A DNA stretch of 62,254 bases, counting the filler, from Globobulimina sp. (taxonomy: Eukaryota): NCBI GenBank assembly GCA_003354225.1. It is 18 parts of 18 records of this genome, joined end to end, with 100 filler letters (N's around TTAATTAATTAA, not from the genome) between each part and the next. Parts side by side here need not be neighbours in the genome. Positions count along the whole stretch, not along the records: positions 34,659 to 38,021 come from PIVH01002974.1; positions 38,122 to 41,484 come from PIVH01002975.1; positions 41,585 to 44,947 come from PIVH01002976.1; positions 45,048 to 48,409 come from PIVH01002977.1; positions 48,510 to 51,871 come from PIVH01002978.1; 13 more parts are not named here. One strand, given 5' to 3'. The notes under the pieces are model-generated. The model saw only the letters and a program-made list of their open reading frames with translations. It had not been told where the DNA came from and ran no database searches. Below, in pieces: positions 36,096-48,693 of the stretch (position 1 is its first letter; every line of letters begins with the position of its first letter). Both the position numbers and the translations under genes were made by a program.

Positions 36096-36429
36096 CTTTT
36101 ATTTAAAATAAATATCGTTATATATTATTAGTAATTCAAAAAAACGAAATTTGAAAAAATAATTATTTTTAATTTATTTTTATTTTAACATTTTATTTTT
36201 TATTTTTTAGCCTATGTAGATATTCGGACTGTCAGCTATCGATCGGTATATAGATCTTCGAGAACCATCAGGCCGTTTTTTACGGAAAGGAGCATCCATA
36301 CACACAAACGCCTGACGCATTTATAAGTAGATGGCCTCCTAATCATCAAAAATTAATTTTATATAATTATCAATGGAAACAAAAGTGTCTGGTACCAAGC
36401 GTCCAGTTTCATGATGCCCCAGTGGTTGA

Positions 36430-37650
36430 GTTTGCGAGCTTGCTGGCCAAAGGTTTAGCCATAAGCTAATTGTAGGTAGTGGTTGACATAAAACTAAACA
36501 GTAAACATAACACATAAGTAAAGAAAACGAAAAGTGCAAAAAGGTTTTTCGCGATTAGCCGATTTTGTTTGAGTTTGAGTAGAACCTTGAGTGACCCAGT
36601 TTCAGCTTAGGCTTAGCCTTTGGCTCCACTCGCTTCTCTTGCCACCTTAATCGCTTCAAAAGCTCAACATCCCATCAGTAGGGGTTGACCAAAAACTAAA
36701 CAACAAACAAAACACCTAAACATAAATAAAGTGAAAGGTGTAAAAATAAGGTTTTATTGGTATTAGCTGATTTTGTCAGCTAATCCCAAGTTTTATGACG
36801 CAGTTCAGGCTTAGGCTGAGCCTTTGGCACACTTGCTTTGCTCGCCGCATCACAAGCTCGACAAAGGCTAGGCTAAAAGCGAAAAGCAGTAGTTGACCAA
36901 AAAGTAAATACTAAACAAAACACCTAAACACAAAGAAAGTTAAAAGTGGAAAAAGAATTTTCTTTTGCGATTAGCTGATTTTGTTTAATTTAGAGTGACC
37001 CAATTCGGGCTTAGGCTTTGCCTATGGCTGGCTTGCTTTGCTTGCTGCCTCGCTCGCTTTGGAGCTCAATGCCCAAAGGTTTAGCCAGAAATCCGCCGGT
37101 AGGGGATGCCCAAAAACTAAGCACTAAACAAAACACCTAAACATAAAGAAAGTTAAAAGTGCAAAAAGAAGGTTTTCCGCGATTAGCTGATTTTGTCTAA
37201 CTTTGTGTGACTAGTTAGGGCCAAGGCTTAACTTATGACCAGCTTGTTTTGCTCACTCGCTCGGAGCTCACTGACCAAAAGGTGATCCAGAAGCCAGTCA
37301 TTTGTAAGGGTTGAGCGAAAACTAAGTACTAAACAAACACCTAAACACCTAAACATAAGGAAAGTGAAAAGTACCCAAAGAAGGTTTTTCGCCATTAGCT
37401 GATTTTGTAAAAGTTTGAGTGACCAAGTTTGTGCTTAGTTTGTCCCTTGGCCTGCTCGCTTCACTCGCTGCCTTGCTCGCTTCACAGGCTCACTGGTAAA
37501 ATCAAAGCCAGAAACGTGTCAGTTGGGTGTTGACCAAAAACTAAAGCACTAAGCAAAACACCTAAAGATAATGAAAGCTAGTTCGGGCTTCAGCTTTGTT
37601 CAACAACACCTGTAAACATGAAGAAAGTGAAAAGTAAAAAAGGCTTTTCA
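36430..37650 (+). repeat. Diverged ~205-220 bp satellite, about 6 units
   Basis: TTGACCAAAAACTAA..AAACAAAACACCTAAACAT..AAAGT.AAAAGTG..GATTAGCTGATTTTGT recurs at ~36482, 36686, 36893, 37107, 37311 and 37530. Confidence 0.88.
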
Positions 37651-38547
37651 TTTTCTCATGAAGCTGGAAAAGGAAATTTTGTAAGCTTAAAAATGGACTT
37701 TCGGTTTGAGTTACAAATCGACACTTGAAGCAGCCCCTACCTACAGTCCCACTCGAAAAGTGATCCGAAAAGTGACAATTTTAGACAACTTACAGCCTCC
37801 AATCTCCAACACTAACAGGCAACAAATATCAAATAACGTTTTGCTTGTCATTGAAATTAACCTTACCTGTTGGGTGAAACATAATGATAATTTGGACCTC
37901 TTTCCTAACTGAAATAGAACAAAATAATATGCGTATTTTGGAGACACTACTTGACAGTAATGGCCGCTGTGTGTCTCCATTTATTGGTGCAGTTTGGCTG
38001 TAGGCGGAGTTTCTGTTGTATNNNNNNNNNNNNNNNNNNNNNNNNNNNNNNNNNNNNNNNNNNNNTTAATTAATTAANNNNNNNNNNNNNNNNNNNNNNN
38101 NNNNNNNNNNNNNNNNNNNNNCCGAACTACCAGACTCAGCTACAAATTGCTTGGACCGGCAGGAGTGCTCATTTCTCACACACCATTGTGCTGGTTGATT
38201 TTGGAATGTGCGTATTTTTTCTATTCGTTTTTGGAACGCAAGCTGACGCCAGTAATAACAGCAGAAACTACAATCAGCACTTGCATAACTCGGTACTTAT
38301 CAGCACCCCCTTTGAAGCCTCCATGGAACCCTGGCTTCGGTCCGGCTTAATCCTGCCATTGTTGGCGTAATACTATGCAACACTCATATTGTGCTGTGGC
38401 CACCAGTGCTCACACGCAACGTATTTTTGGCAACGATGCATGCTATGAAATGGTTAGAACTCTGTTCTCGCAATGTGCCAATCTAGAAAGAGATCAACAT
38501 TTAATACTGTCGTATACTGATTAATTGTTTTGTTACTTTTGTATAAA

Positions 38548-39853
38548 TTAGTTACATGCAACTCCCACAAGAGAATGTTGGGAATCTGCTATGTTTAAAT
38601 CAACAGATAAGTAATGATTGCTATTTGCAATAAGAGCTGCGTTTATAGATTGATCCACAGCAGACTCACTTTCATTCGTTTTACCTGTACTACTTTCCAA
38701 AAGATCACCAACTTTTAATGGTATTTGCAGATTATCGAATACTTTATGTCCTGCTGCCAATACAATCACACCCATCAATGTTAAGAATATCGCAATCACA
38801 AACATTGTTGCATTTGCCGCTGAAAAATTATGAAATTCCGAAAAATATACACCACCCAACACTGTGCCCATAATAATTAAACTTACCTGGTTTATTGGTA
38901 TCACATAAACAGACGGAAAAAAACTTAATCCTCTTTGCTGCCAAAATACAAACAATATGTTACTTATCACCACACAAAACAATATGAAATACGAGTACCT
39001 AATACAAAAAAATCATGGTCCAAATAAGAAATAATCTCAATGTTATCAATGATGACACAAAGCAATTCCATATTTCTTATTGTTACCATGATTTCAAAGC
39101 AGTTTGAGCGTCACTCAAATTCGCAAATGAAGCGCCTAAAAACTCAGTAAATGCCTTGACAAATAAGAATGCGTTGCTTCCAAAGTACCCGTTTTGAAAC
39201 GCATATGATAATAATAAAAATGAAGGGCCATATTTTACTTCTTTCCGCTGTACTCTTTCATCCAAACGGTTTAAACGTTCATAGTATTTAATTCCAATAA
39301 AATCAACCACCGTTATTAGTGATAAAGAGATAAAAAATATTAAAAATCCTGTATCACTCCATCTGGCTTTTAAATCCGTTATGTTTACATGTTCGCCGCC
39401 TGTACGAGGACCAAATATCACTGCCAATATAGAGCCAATCATCACAAATCCTATGCCGGTGTAGCTTTTCTTTTTAAATGGCTCACCCAAGATTTTTGTG
39501 GCTAGAATGCTTCAAAATATGTGTGTTATTAAAAAGAAACGCACAAAAATATGTAAAGGTATATACGTGTTAACGACTAAAGTGATTGCAGACAAGGGCA
39601 ACACCAAAGATTGTGGTGCGAAATACAATGCCATCGCATTTGCAATGCCACCTATTATAAATATCCAAAATCCGATACACCATGTTTTCTCAGATAGTAT
39701 TTTCCTTCGCGTTCCCCGTGGCGACAGTTTGTTGTATGAGTTTAGTTTATTATGTCCATCTTTTTGCAATGTGTAACCAATCGCATTTAGAATACTTGCA
39801 GCTATCGCAATAAATGCACCGATTGTGGTTGATGCTGTTGCTGTGAAAGGCAT
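38548..39853 (-). CDS. NIPA-family (DMT) Mg2+ transporter, 3 exons
   Basis: GAFIAIAASILNAIGYTLQK, WCIG..GGIANAMALYFAPQSLVLPLSAITLVVN, QRGLSFFPSVYVIPINQV..GGVYFSEF. Confidence 0.9.
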
Positions 39854-39974
39854 GCTTGGTTCGTTGCTATTGCGTTTTTAAATAGGGGTACTAATTTTTG
39901 TCATGTGCAGATGTTAAAAACCTTGAAATAAATAATAATAAAAAAAAACCAAACAAAGCAATATATTAACGAAT

Positions 39975-41484
39975 TCAATCAAATTCGGTTAACTCAGTCC
40001 ATGTATGCAATTCAAAAGGATTATCAGTTTGTTTTTGATAATGTCCAGCACTGTCACTCTCATTTTTCTTTTTCTTTTTTTTCTTCCTCTTTTTCTTATC
40101 TTTCTTCTTTTTCTTTTTCTTTTTTTTCCCGCCAGCATCCATATTATTATTACCACCGCCCACCGCAACCTCCACTGCTTCCGTACTGTCATTATATTGA
40201 GCTGTTATTTTCTGTTTATTCGCATTATAATACTCCTCATCATTCGACAAATCACTGCTATCGCCATTGCCAACCAGTCCTCCTCCCATTGTCAGTCCGT
40301 CATCAAAATCATCACTATCCTCTCCATTTAACTGCATTTCCTTATCACTTCTCCTTTTTTTACCTTTCCTCTTTATTTTTGGTCGCTCATTTCCTTGCAC
40401 AACACTCTCGATATCCTTTCCCTTGCTCCAATATCGCCATCCACAACAAATTAGACATATAAATACAATCAAAATAACAGCACCTATGAACAATGCATAC
40501 CTTCTGCCGCCCTTCGCGATAATAGCAACACTCGGTGATTGTGTCGGATTTAATGTGGGCTCCATGGTCGGTTCAGTGGTTGGAATTATTGTTGGGACCA
40601 ATGTTGGCCGTGTTGTTGGGCCTATTGTTGGTGGCCGGGTTGGAATATTTGTTGGCTGAATGGTTGGATATAAGCTCGGTTCGATGGTGGGTTCAATGGT
40701 GGGCTCAATGGTGGGATAGAAGGATGGCTCACTTGTCGGTCTTTTATATTCTTTTGTGGAGCACAAATGTGTTTCGTCCGTACAATCCCATGTGTTATCT
40801 ACAATGTTATTTGAAATATCACAGGAAAAGCCATAATTTTGAGTGCAACTCATTGTACTGCCTAATATAACAGTATCTGTATCATAATTTGCTACAAATA
40901 TATCTTTAAATGCATGGATTGCATATATATGAATGCCACCAGTTTTTATATCATTATTGTCCTCATAGAATAGGCCTTTACCTTTTGTTATTAAAAATTT
41001 ATTATTTAATATTTTCAATGTATACATTTATATATATATACCCGGTAAGAAACAACGAGGTCCATTATTATCATTTGGTGGACAATACACAGTTAAATCT
41101 TTACAGGGGAAAGGGCCAGACCCTTTACCTCCACATTGTGATATATTTAATAATTTGGATTTTAGCGCTGAAATAGTGAAAAAATCGCCGCAGGAATTCT
41201 CACCATAACATGCTAAGTTACATTCAATACTTTCATCACAATCAACATATGCTTTTAAACACGCATCTGTTCCTCGACAATTTATATTTGTGGTGGTGTT
41301 TGTAGCTGCATGGATGGTGATATCTGCGCAGGTATCGTGTATTTGTGAAGTGGAGGTACAATTAACATTACATATAGCATTGGACGGACAAAAGACTTTA
41401 ACACTATCGCACGATGACTCTCCCGTACAATCGAGAGTGCAACTTTTGGCTGAGGTGCAATTGATTGTTGCTCCCAGACATGAT
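39975..41484 (-). CDS. Single-pass membrane protein: Cys-rich repeats, PT-repeat stalk, TM helix, poly-Lys cytosolic tail (5' partial)
   Basis: C....SC..ATINC repeats at 41220-41484, PT.EPT repeats, TM YALFIGAVILIVFICLICCGW, KKKKKKKKKDKKKRKKKKKK. Confidence 0.75.
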
Positions 41485-41887
41485 NNNNNNNNNNNNNNNN
41501 NNNNNNNNNNNNNNNNNNNNNNNNNNNNTTAATTAATTAANNNNNNNNNNNNNNNNNNNNNNNNNNNNNNNNNNNNNNNNNNNNTATTTTTGATTTTGTG
41601 TTTGTTTTTACGTTTAGAAAAAGTGTTTCCTTTCGTGATCAGACTGTGTTTGTTGGGTCAAGAGTACACTTTTAATAACAACAGAGACAACAGTAACTTC
41701 ATAAAATCTGTTGTTAATTAAACTGATTGCAATTCAATTGTTTGTATAGGACCTGTTTGAAACACCGCGTGTTTAAACAATTTAGTAGCTGTCTATATTA
41801 CTTACCACAAAATATATTCTTTAATTCACATAACTTCAGTCTTTTTTGGTCTGAATTCTGAAATAAATACTATTCAAAATGACAAAA

Positions 41888-43108
41888 TCAATTCCCATTT
41901 GCATGTTGCTGTTCAATATGTTTTTGAAGTGTTACTTTTGAACAATATTTTTTTCGACAAACTGGGCATTGAACAGGTTTTTCACCTAAATGAGCTCTTG
42001 AATGCATATTAAATAATGATTTCTTATCTGTTGCAAATTCACAATATGCACAACTAAATATTTTTTGTTGCTGGTGTGATTTTGAATGAATATTTAAATG
42101 TTGTCTTTCCATAAATAATTTGTCACAAAATAAACATTGCCATGGTCTCTTATTCCCATCATGACTCAAAATATGCGAATCCAAATTCCGTTTAGTATCC
42201 GATGAAAAATCGCAATAAAAGCATTTCCATATTGAGTTATTATAATTTTTATATATTTTGTGTTTTTTTTTCTTTTTAGCATTTTTACCAGCACATAATT
42301 GCTGTTTTGCACAATTTTCACAAATATCAAAACCTTCTCTATGTTGTTCTGCGTTTTTACCTCGATTACAATGATAAAATATCTTATTTCTTTTGCATTT
42401 TTCATTGCAAATATCACAGAAAACAACACCATATTCCACTGCATAATGTTTTGCGTCAAATGCACTCCATTTTATTTCACGTAACTTATCACCGCAAATA
42501 CATAGAAATTCTTTATGCAGCGGTTGCTTTTCTTGCTGCTCATCAGCATCACTTTCGACTATCACTTCATTCATTTTTGTACACAATTCTGACGTTCCAC
42601 TCGTTTCTGTCATTAACAACGAGTTATTATTTGGTGCCGGTGTATATGAATGTGACTGTATACTGTTCTCATTTATTATTTGTGATAATGGCATTAGCAT
42701 TGATGCACTCGATACATTTAATGGGTCAGATATAAAAGATTGCATAGTAGGTATTGGTGGAACACATGAAATTGACGGAATCTGTCGATTATTATTAGCA
42801 ATAAATATATTTGTTGGCGTTGGCAATTTAGCAGTATCGACTGCGTATTTCTGTTTCTGTTTGTTTTGTTTCTTGCAGATTTGTTTACCTTTTGTACGTG
42901 TGCAAGTTGCGCATTTATGTGACATTAATGATATATTTAAATCAATTCTATGTAATTCTGCATACAATGATCTCTGAAGTTGTACATGAATCATTGCCTT
43001 TTGTTGTAACAACGCATTAATGTGATTGATATATTTTGCTTCTAGTTGTTGTATTAATGTATAATGTTTGCTCATTGTTTCGTATCTAAGTTCAGAAACA
43101 GCAGCCAT
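41888..43108 (-). CDS. C2H2 zinc-finger protein (4 fingers) with a central ZZ-like Cys cluster
   Basis: Four C-terminal CxxC..HxxxH fingers, one with the linker LGEKP; VFCDIC...YHC...H..GFDICENC. Confidence 0.9.
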   Translation of the reverse strand: MAAVSELRYETMSKHYTLIQQLEAKYINHINALLQQKAMIHVQLQRSLYAELHRIDLNISLMSHKCATCTRTKGKQICKKQNKQKQKYAVDTAKLPTPTNIFIANNNRQIPSISCVPPIPTMQSFISDPLNVSSASMLMPLSQIINENSIQSHSYTPAPNNNSLLMTETSGTSELCTKMNEVIVESDADEQQEKQPLHKEFLCICGDKLREIKWSAFDAKHYAVEYGVVFCDICNEKCKRNKIFYHCNRGKNAEQHREGFDICENCAKQQLCAGKNAKKKKKHKIYKNYNNSIWKCFYCDFSSDTKRNLDSHILSHDGNKRPWQCLFCDKLFMERQHLNIHSKSHQQQKIFSCAYCEFATDKKSLFNMHSRAHLGEKPVQCPVCRKKYCSKVTLQKHIEQQHANGN

Positions 43109-43128
43109 GCTATTTTACAGTGGAAAAC

Positions 43129-43904
43129 TTAATTTAATTTATGCACACTCTTTTTATGCTTAGTCAGGCAGTCTTGACGAACAAATCTTTTTCGACAAAC
43201 ATTACAACGAAACGACTTGACACCCATATGAATCTTCCCATGTCTCTCCAATAAATATCTCATTCCAAATGACTTATTGCATTCTTTGCACTTATATTGC
43301 TTTGGTTTATGCATATTTTGAATATGTGATTGAAGATTCCAATTCCTTGAACATTCTTTATCGCAGAACCTGCAAATAAATCTTTTTTTTGTCTTTATCC
43401 GTGTGTTTTGACTGGTTTCTCTCAATTCTGTTGGTCTTAATTCATGCGGTCTTTCTTTTGTCTTTATCCCTTTCTTGGATCTTGACCGTATTTCTCTTAA
43501 TTCGTGCGGCTGTAAACTCACTGGATGTAAAATATTGTGTTTTTGTTGATTATTATCAGTATTATCAACACAATCGATAACAAATAATGTCAATGATTGT
43601 CTTTGTTGTGTGATGGCGGCGTCATTTAAATCCTCCTCTGACGATAACGTTATACGATCTCCATCTTCGTCGACATATTGTAGTCTTATATCATTTGCTA
43701 AATTCAATGTATGTGACACAAATGTTTTCAATGCTGAGACTTTCGGTTGTTTAGTGATATCATATTCCGCCCAAATACGTACATTCTCGCCTGAAATTAT
43801 TTGAATTTTCGGCTTTTTTTCAACTTGCTTTTGTTGATATGCTTGTAACTGTTGTTTTAATTGTGTTATTATTAAATCTTTGGCAGTCTCGCGTTTCTTT
43901 GCTT
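43129..43904 (-). CDS. PB1-domain + C2H2 zinc-finger protein (start uncertain)
   Basis: LQYVDEDGDRITLSSEEDL (PB1 OPCA motif) and three C2H2 fingers. Confidence 0.85.
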
Positions 43905-44398
43905 TGTTTATGGTTTCAGATAATATTTGTTGAGTCTTTTTGTGTCGTTGTTGTTCTTTTTTTTATACATTTTATAGTTATGTTGATTGAAAAGGAGTGA
44001 CTGAGCATACCTGCTTCGAGTTGCAATCTAAGATCAACGCGTTTATTGAGCTGAGTCATAATACATACAATTTAACGTAAAATATGCATATACAGATATT
44101 ATTATGATGTACCATTGGTGGTAGAGATGTATGTGGCATTTGATGCCAATTCCCATCAATATGACCGAATGTACACGTTTTGCCTGCTATTGCACATTGG
44201 TGAGGTATATGAGATGTAGCAGTATTGTGATGACTTGACATACTTTATTCCGAACTTTTTTCACATGTTGACGGTGATCAAAAAACTATTTTGACGATGA
44301 TCACTCTGTACGAACAGTGCAGGTGTAACTTTATCCTACATACAGTTTGCAATATTGACAAGTATTATACTGTTATATGATTTAATCGGACATCCATT

Positions 44399-44947
44399 AT
44401 GGACAAACCTATAAATGTAATCCATCCTTCGTTAGCTCCAACATTAGCACCCAGCATCGCACCATCATTAAACCCTACATTGGCACCTACCTTAGTTCCA
44501 TCGTCAGCGCCATCATTAGCTCCTACAGTGGCTCCCAGTATCGCGCCTACTACACCTCCTTCCTTCGCTCCTTCGTTGGCACCATCAAACGCACCGAGTT
44601 TAACTCCATCAAATGCACCGAGTTTAGCTCCATCAAATGCACCATCGATGGCACCGAGTGCTGCTCCAAGTTTAGCACCAAGTTTAGCACCGAGTCTAGC
44701 TCCGAGTTTGGCGCCGAGTTTAGCTCCGAGTTTAGCTCCGAGTTTGGCGCCCAGTTTAGCTCCAAGTTTAGCACCGAGTTTAGCACCGAGTTTAGCCCCA
44801 AGTTTGGCGCCGAGTTTAGCTCCAAGTGTAGCACCAACATCATCGCCAACACCGACCTGTAACTTTGCTAGTTTTAAGGGAGAGATGGTAGTTTCCGCGA
44901 GTTTGAATAGAAAGGATATATTATGGGGCGGCCAATCTTTCGTTTCC
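44399..44947 (+). CDS. (APSL)n mucin-like repeat protein, partial
   Basis: Homogeneous 12-nt repeat GCNCCNAGTTTN at ~44663-44830 encoding APSL. Confidence 0.65.
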
Positions 44948-45047
44948 NNNNNNNNNNNNNNNNNNNNNNNNNNNNNNNNNNNNNNNNNNNNTTAATTAAT
45001 TAANNNNNNNNNNNNNNNNNNNNNNNNNNNNNNNNNNNNNNNNNNNN

Positions 45048-45347
45048 TACATAGAGAGGAGCCGGATGGCTGTTTTTATTCAGATCCAGATATCGATGGG
45101 CCATCAATATCACTCATGTCCAACATACAAACAAATGAAACAAAACCATGCAAACAGACAAATAATGTGTCAACAGAAATAATAACATCAAAAAACGAGT
45201 CCATACCCGCACCAAAATGCATGATTAAAAAGACAAGTCCCAAGACATCGGGTATGTTGGAATCGGGTATGTTGGACATGAGTGATATTGATGGCCCATC
45301 GATATCTGGATCTGAATAAAAACAGTTATCCGGCTCCTCTCTATGTA
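45048..45347. repeat. 81-bp inverted repeat (45048-45128 / 45267-45347) with 138-nt spacer
   Basis: The arms are reverse complements apart from 2 adjacent mismatches. Confidence 0.95.
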
Positions 45348-45875
45348 AAGTAAAGGTATACTATAAATTATATTATTACATTAAATAAACTTAACATTTT
45401 ACGTGTTTGCTTTGCATTGCTGTAAATATTATTATTATTATTACTGTTACGTTTTTGTGGTAATTTAGCGGTGTTGAAACCAACTATTTTTGTCTTTGTT
45501 TGAAAAGATAGTTTTGCTCGTTCTTGAAGGGACATATTTTTATGATATCCACCATTCCTTCTCTTGGGGATTCTCATCGATGATAATGACGATGCAACTC
45601 GAGCTGGTGCTGCTTTTACGGTGTTTCGGAGCTGCTTTTTGACGGATTTATTCTTATTAAAGGTATTGCAAATGGGTTCCTCATCACTGTCTGAATATAA
45701 ACACAACATTTTGTTTATTTGTCCATCAATATTTTATTTATTCAAAGTGTAATCCATCGAACATAATGTTTTCTGCGAAGTCAACTTTCAACATCAACCA
45801 CAAAAACCTTTTCTTTATCCTCATCCCCTTTCGCATCACACCGCAACTCTAATATCCAAAGCTGCGCATATAACC

Positions 45876-48097
45876 ATGCAACAAATGGCAACCTTATCGT
45901 TGCTATTGTTTGGCTGTGCCTATAGTCATTCAATAATGCATCGTTCCTATCCATCGCCAGAAGGCACTCATCATGGAAAAAGTGCAGAATATTTCCATAG
46001 TATTCGTTCGCAGCCTGCAGACTCGTTAGCAGACCGATTCAGCGAACAATACGCCAAAGTAGTCACCAATGGAAAAGCAAATGGCTATCTCAGCTCAGAT
46101 GGCGTACCATATCACAGTGTCGAGACCCTAATGGTGGAAGCACCCGATTACGGCCATGAAACCACCTCGGAGGCGTATAGTGAATATGTATGGTTGACGG
46201 CGATGAATATCTGGGCCTCTGGCGGGAAGACCGCCGATTTCGAAGCAGCGTGGCGATCATTGGAAACCTATATCATTCCATCAAGTTCTGATCAACCGAC
46301 CTGTTCCGCATACAATCCCGCCACGCCTGCGAGCTATGCACCGGAAGAAGACAAACCCTCCGATTATCCCGTCCAAATCGACAGGAATGTGGCAGTGGGT
46401 CAGGACGACTTAAACGACGAATTGGCGGCGGTCTATGGCAGTGGCGGCAAATTAAACCAATTCTATGCCACGCACTGGTTATTGGACGTGGACAACGTGT
46501 ATGGTTTTGGCAAGCATGGGTCCGGCAACAAAGGCGATAAAAACGTATATGTCAATTCCTATCAACGCGGCTCAAATGAGTCCGTATGGCGAACTGTGCC
46601 GCAGCCGGAATGGGAGTCGTTCAAATACGGCGGAGTTAAGTTTCTGAAAACATTCTCAAACTGCATATATACGCAAAGCCGCACTAAATTATACAGGATT
46701 GCGGTTACTTGGAACTGGACATTTACGATCCGGAGTATGCGTGCGATGAACAGTGGCGGTACACCGGCGCACCGGACGCCGATGCAAGAACCATCCAAGC
46801 CACGTATTGGGCGTACAACTTCAGCAAAGGCGGCGCCTCTACGCAGGTGCAGAACGCGGTGAAGTTGTCTGATTTTATCCGCTATTCCATGTTTGATAAG
46901 TACTTCAAAGTCGTGCCTTGCTATTCCCCCAATTGCCCCGCCGCGAAGTTCCAGAATGGCTGGGATGCCACTTTTTATTTAATTTCGTGGTACATGGCGT
47001 GGGGCGGCCCCATAACCGACACGTATTGGGGATTTCGCATCGGTTCGTCGCACGTTCACCAAGGATACCAAAACGCGTTGACGGCCTATGTGTTGTCGGC
47101 AATTCCGGCGTTTGCCAGTAAGACGTCGGGCGGTAAGGGCCAATGGGAAGCAGTGCGCTACAAAACCATTGATTTCTGGGAGTGGCTGCAAACTGCGGAG
47201 GGTGCCATCGCCGGCGGCGCCACCAATTCGTTGAATGGGCGGTATGGCGACCCGCGGCAAGGCGGCATCACCGGCTATTTTAGCAACGGGATGGCGTATC
47301 AATGGGAGCCGGTTTATCACGATCCGCCCAGCAATGACTGGTTTGGAATGCAGGCGTGGAGCCAGGAGCGGAATGCGGAATATTGCTTTTTGACTCGCGA
47401 TGGCCGCGCATGCGGCATAGTGAAGAAGTGGGTGGCTTGGGTCCTGTCGCTGTCGTCTAAGATCATTTTGGCGAACAATGACTATGCGGTTCCCTCCAAT
47501 TTGCAATGGCGCGGACAGCCTACGAATTTCACAGGTTCGCCGCATACGAATCCTAGTTTGCATGTTTCGATTGTGGATTATAGCAAAGATGTGGGCGTAG
47601 CGTCGGCATTGGCGCATGCTTTGACGTATTATGCGGCGGCTTCGGGCGACTCGGCGTCGCAGACCATGGCGAGAGAGTTATTGGACCGCATTTATATGTA
47701 TGCGGATAACATCGGTGTGGCGGTGAATGAGTCGCGAGCGGATTACATTGGTAATGAGTGGGGACAGGGCTTCTGGGAACCGGTCTATGTTCCGGCAAAG
47801 TTGCCCAATGGACAAGCGATCAATTTTGGGTCGTATCCGAATGGGGATGCTATCAAACCGGGGGTCACTTTCTTGGATATTCGGTCGTGGTATAAAAATG
47901 ACAAAGATTGGCCCAAAGTGCAAGCGGCCAAAAATAGTAATACTCCGCCGGTATTTAAATATCATCGAATGTGGGCACAAGCGGAGTTTGGTATTGCTGT
48001 GGCGGATTATGCGCGTTTATTTGGTAGCAGTTCAGAGTATTTTGTGGGGCATGATAATGATTTATATTTTACTGACCCTCATTATAAATCAAGGTAA
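45876..48097 (+). CDS. Secreted glycoside hydrolase family 48 (cellulase-type), intron 46635-46696, spliced product 719 aa
   Basis: Signal peptide; GVPYHSVETLMVEAPDYGHETTSEAYS, HWLLDVDNVYGFG, QRG.NESVWRTVPQP, QWRYT.APDADAR, WLQTAEGAIAGGATNS, PVYHDPPSN.WFGMQAWS, YHRMWAQ. Removing the 62-nt GT-AG intron restores the frame. Confidence 0.96.
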
Positions 48098-48693
48098 ATA
48101 GTTGTAATATAATATTTTTCTTTTTTTGTAATATTAAGTATAATTAAATTTAATATTCTCTTCAAACAAAACTTGTCAAAACGAGTCTTATAATTAAATG
48201 GTCACAAACGATCCCTGTCTTTTTGGAGTTAAAGATAAAATGGCAAAATTTCTCACTCTAGTTGAAAAAAATTTTACCAATTTTCTATTTGTTATCATAT
48301 CTTTCTTATCTGTAACTTTTATTGTGAGGGGGAGTCTGTACTCTTTTAAGGTTGAAAACCATTCACTTCATTATGCAGTGACTTTGGCTATCTTAGGGGC
48401 AATCTATGTNNNNNNNNNNNNNNNNNNNNNNNNNNNNNNNNNNNNNNNNNNNNTTAATTAATTAANNNNNNNNNNNNNNNNNNNNNNNNNNNNNNNNNNN
48501 NNNNNNNNNGTCAAAACGAAGAATTGAAGTCTTTCCTTTTAGAACCTATCTGATTAACACAATACACACACAATACAACAACACAAAAGTCTAGAAAAAT
48601 GACGAAAGAGTCAGTGTGGTCATCCCTACAATAGAAATCGCAAGAATACTAAAATTAATACAAGATACAATCAAGATAGAAGTCATTGACTAT

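Noticed and set aside
46635-46862. Apparent frameshift between the two GH48 ORFs
   Set aside because: Fully explained by a 62-nt GT-AG intron.
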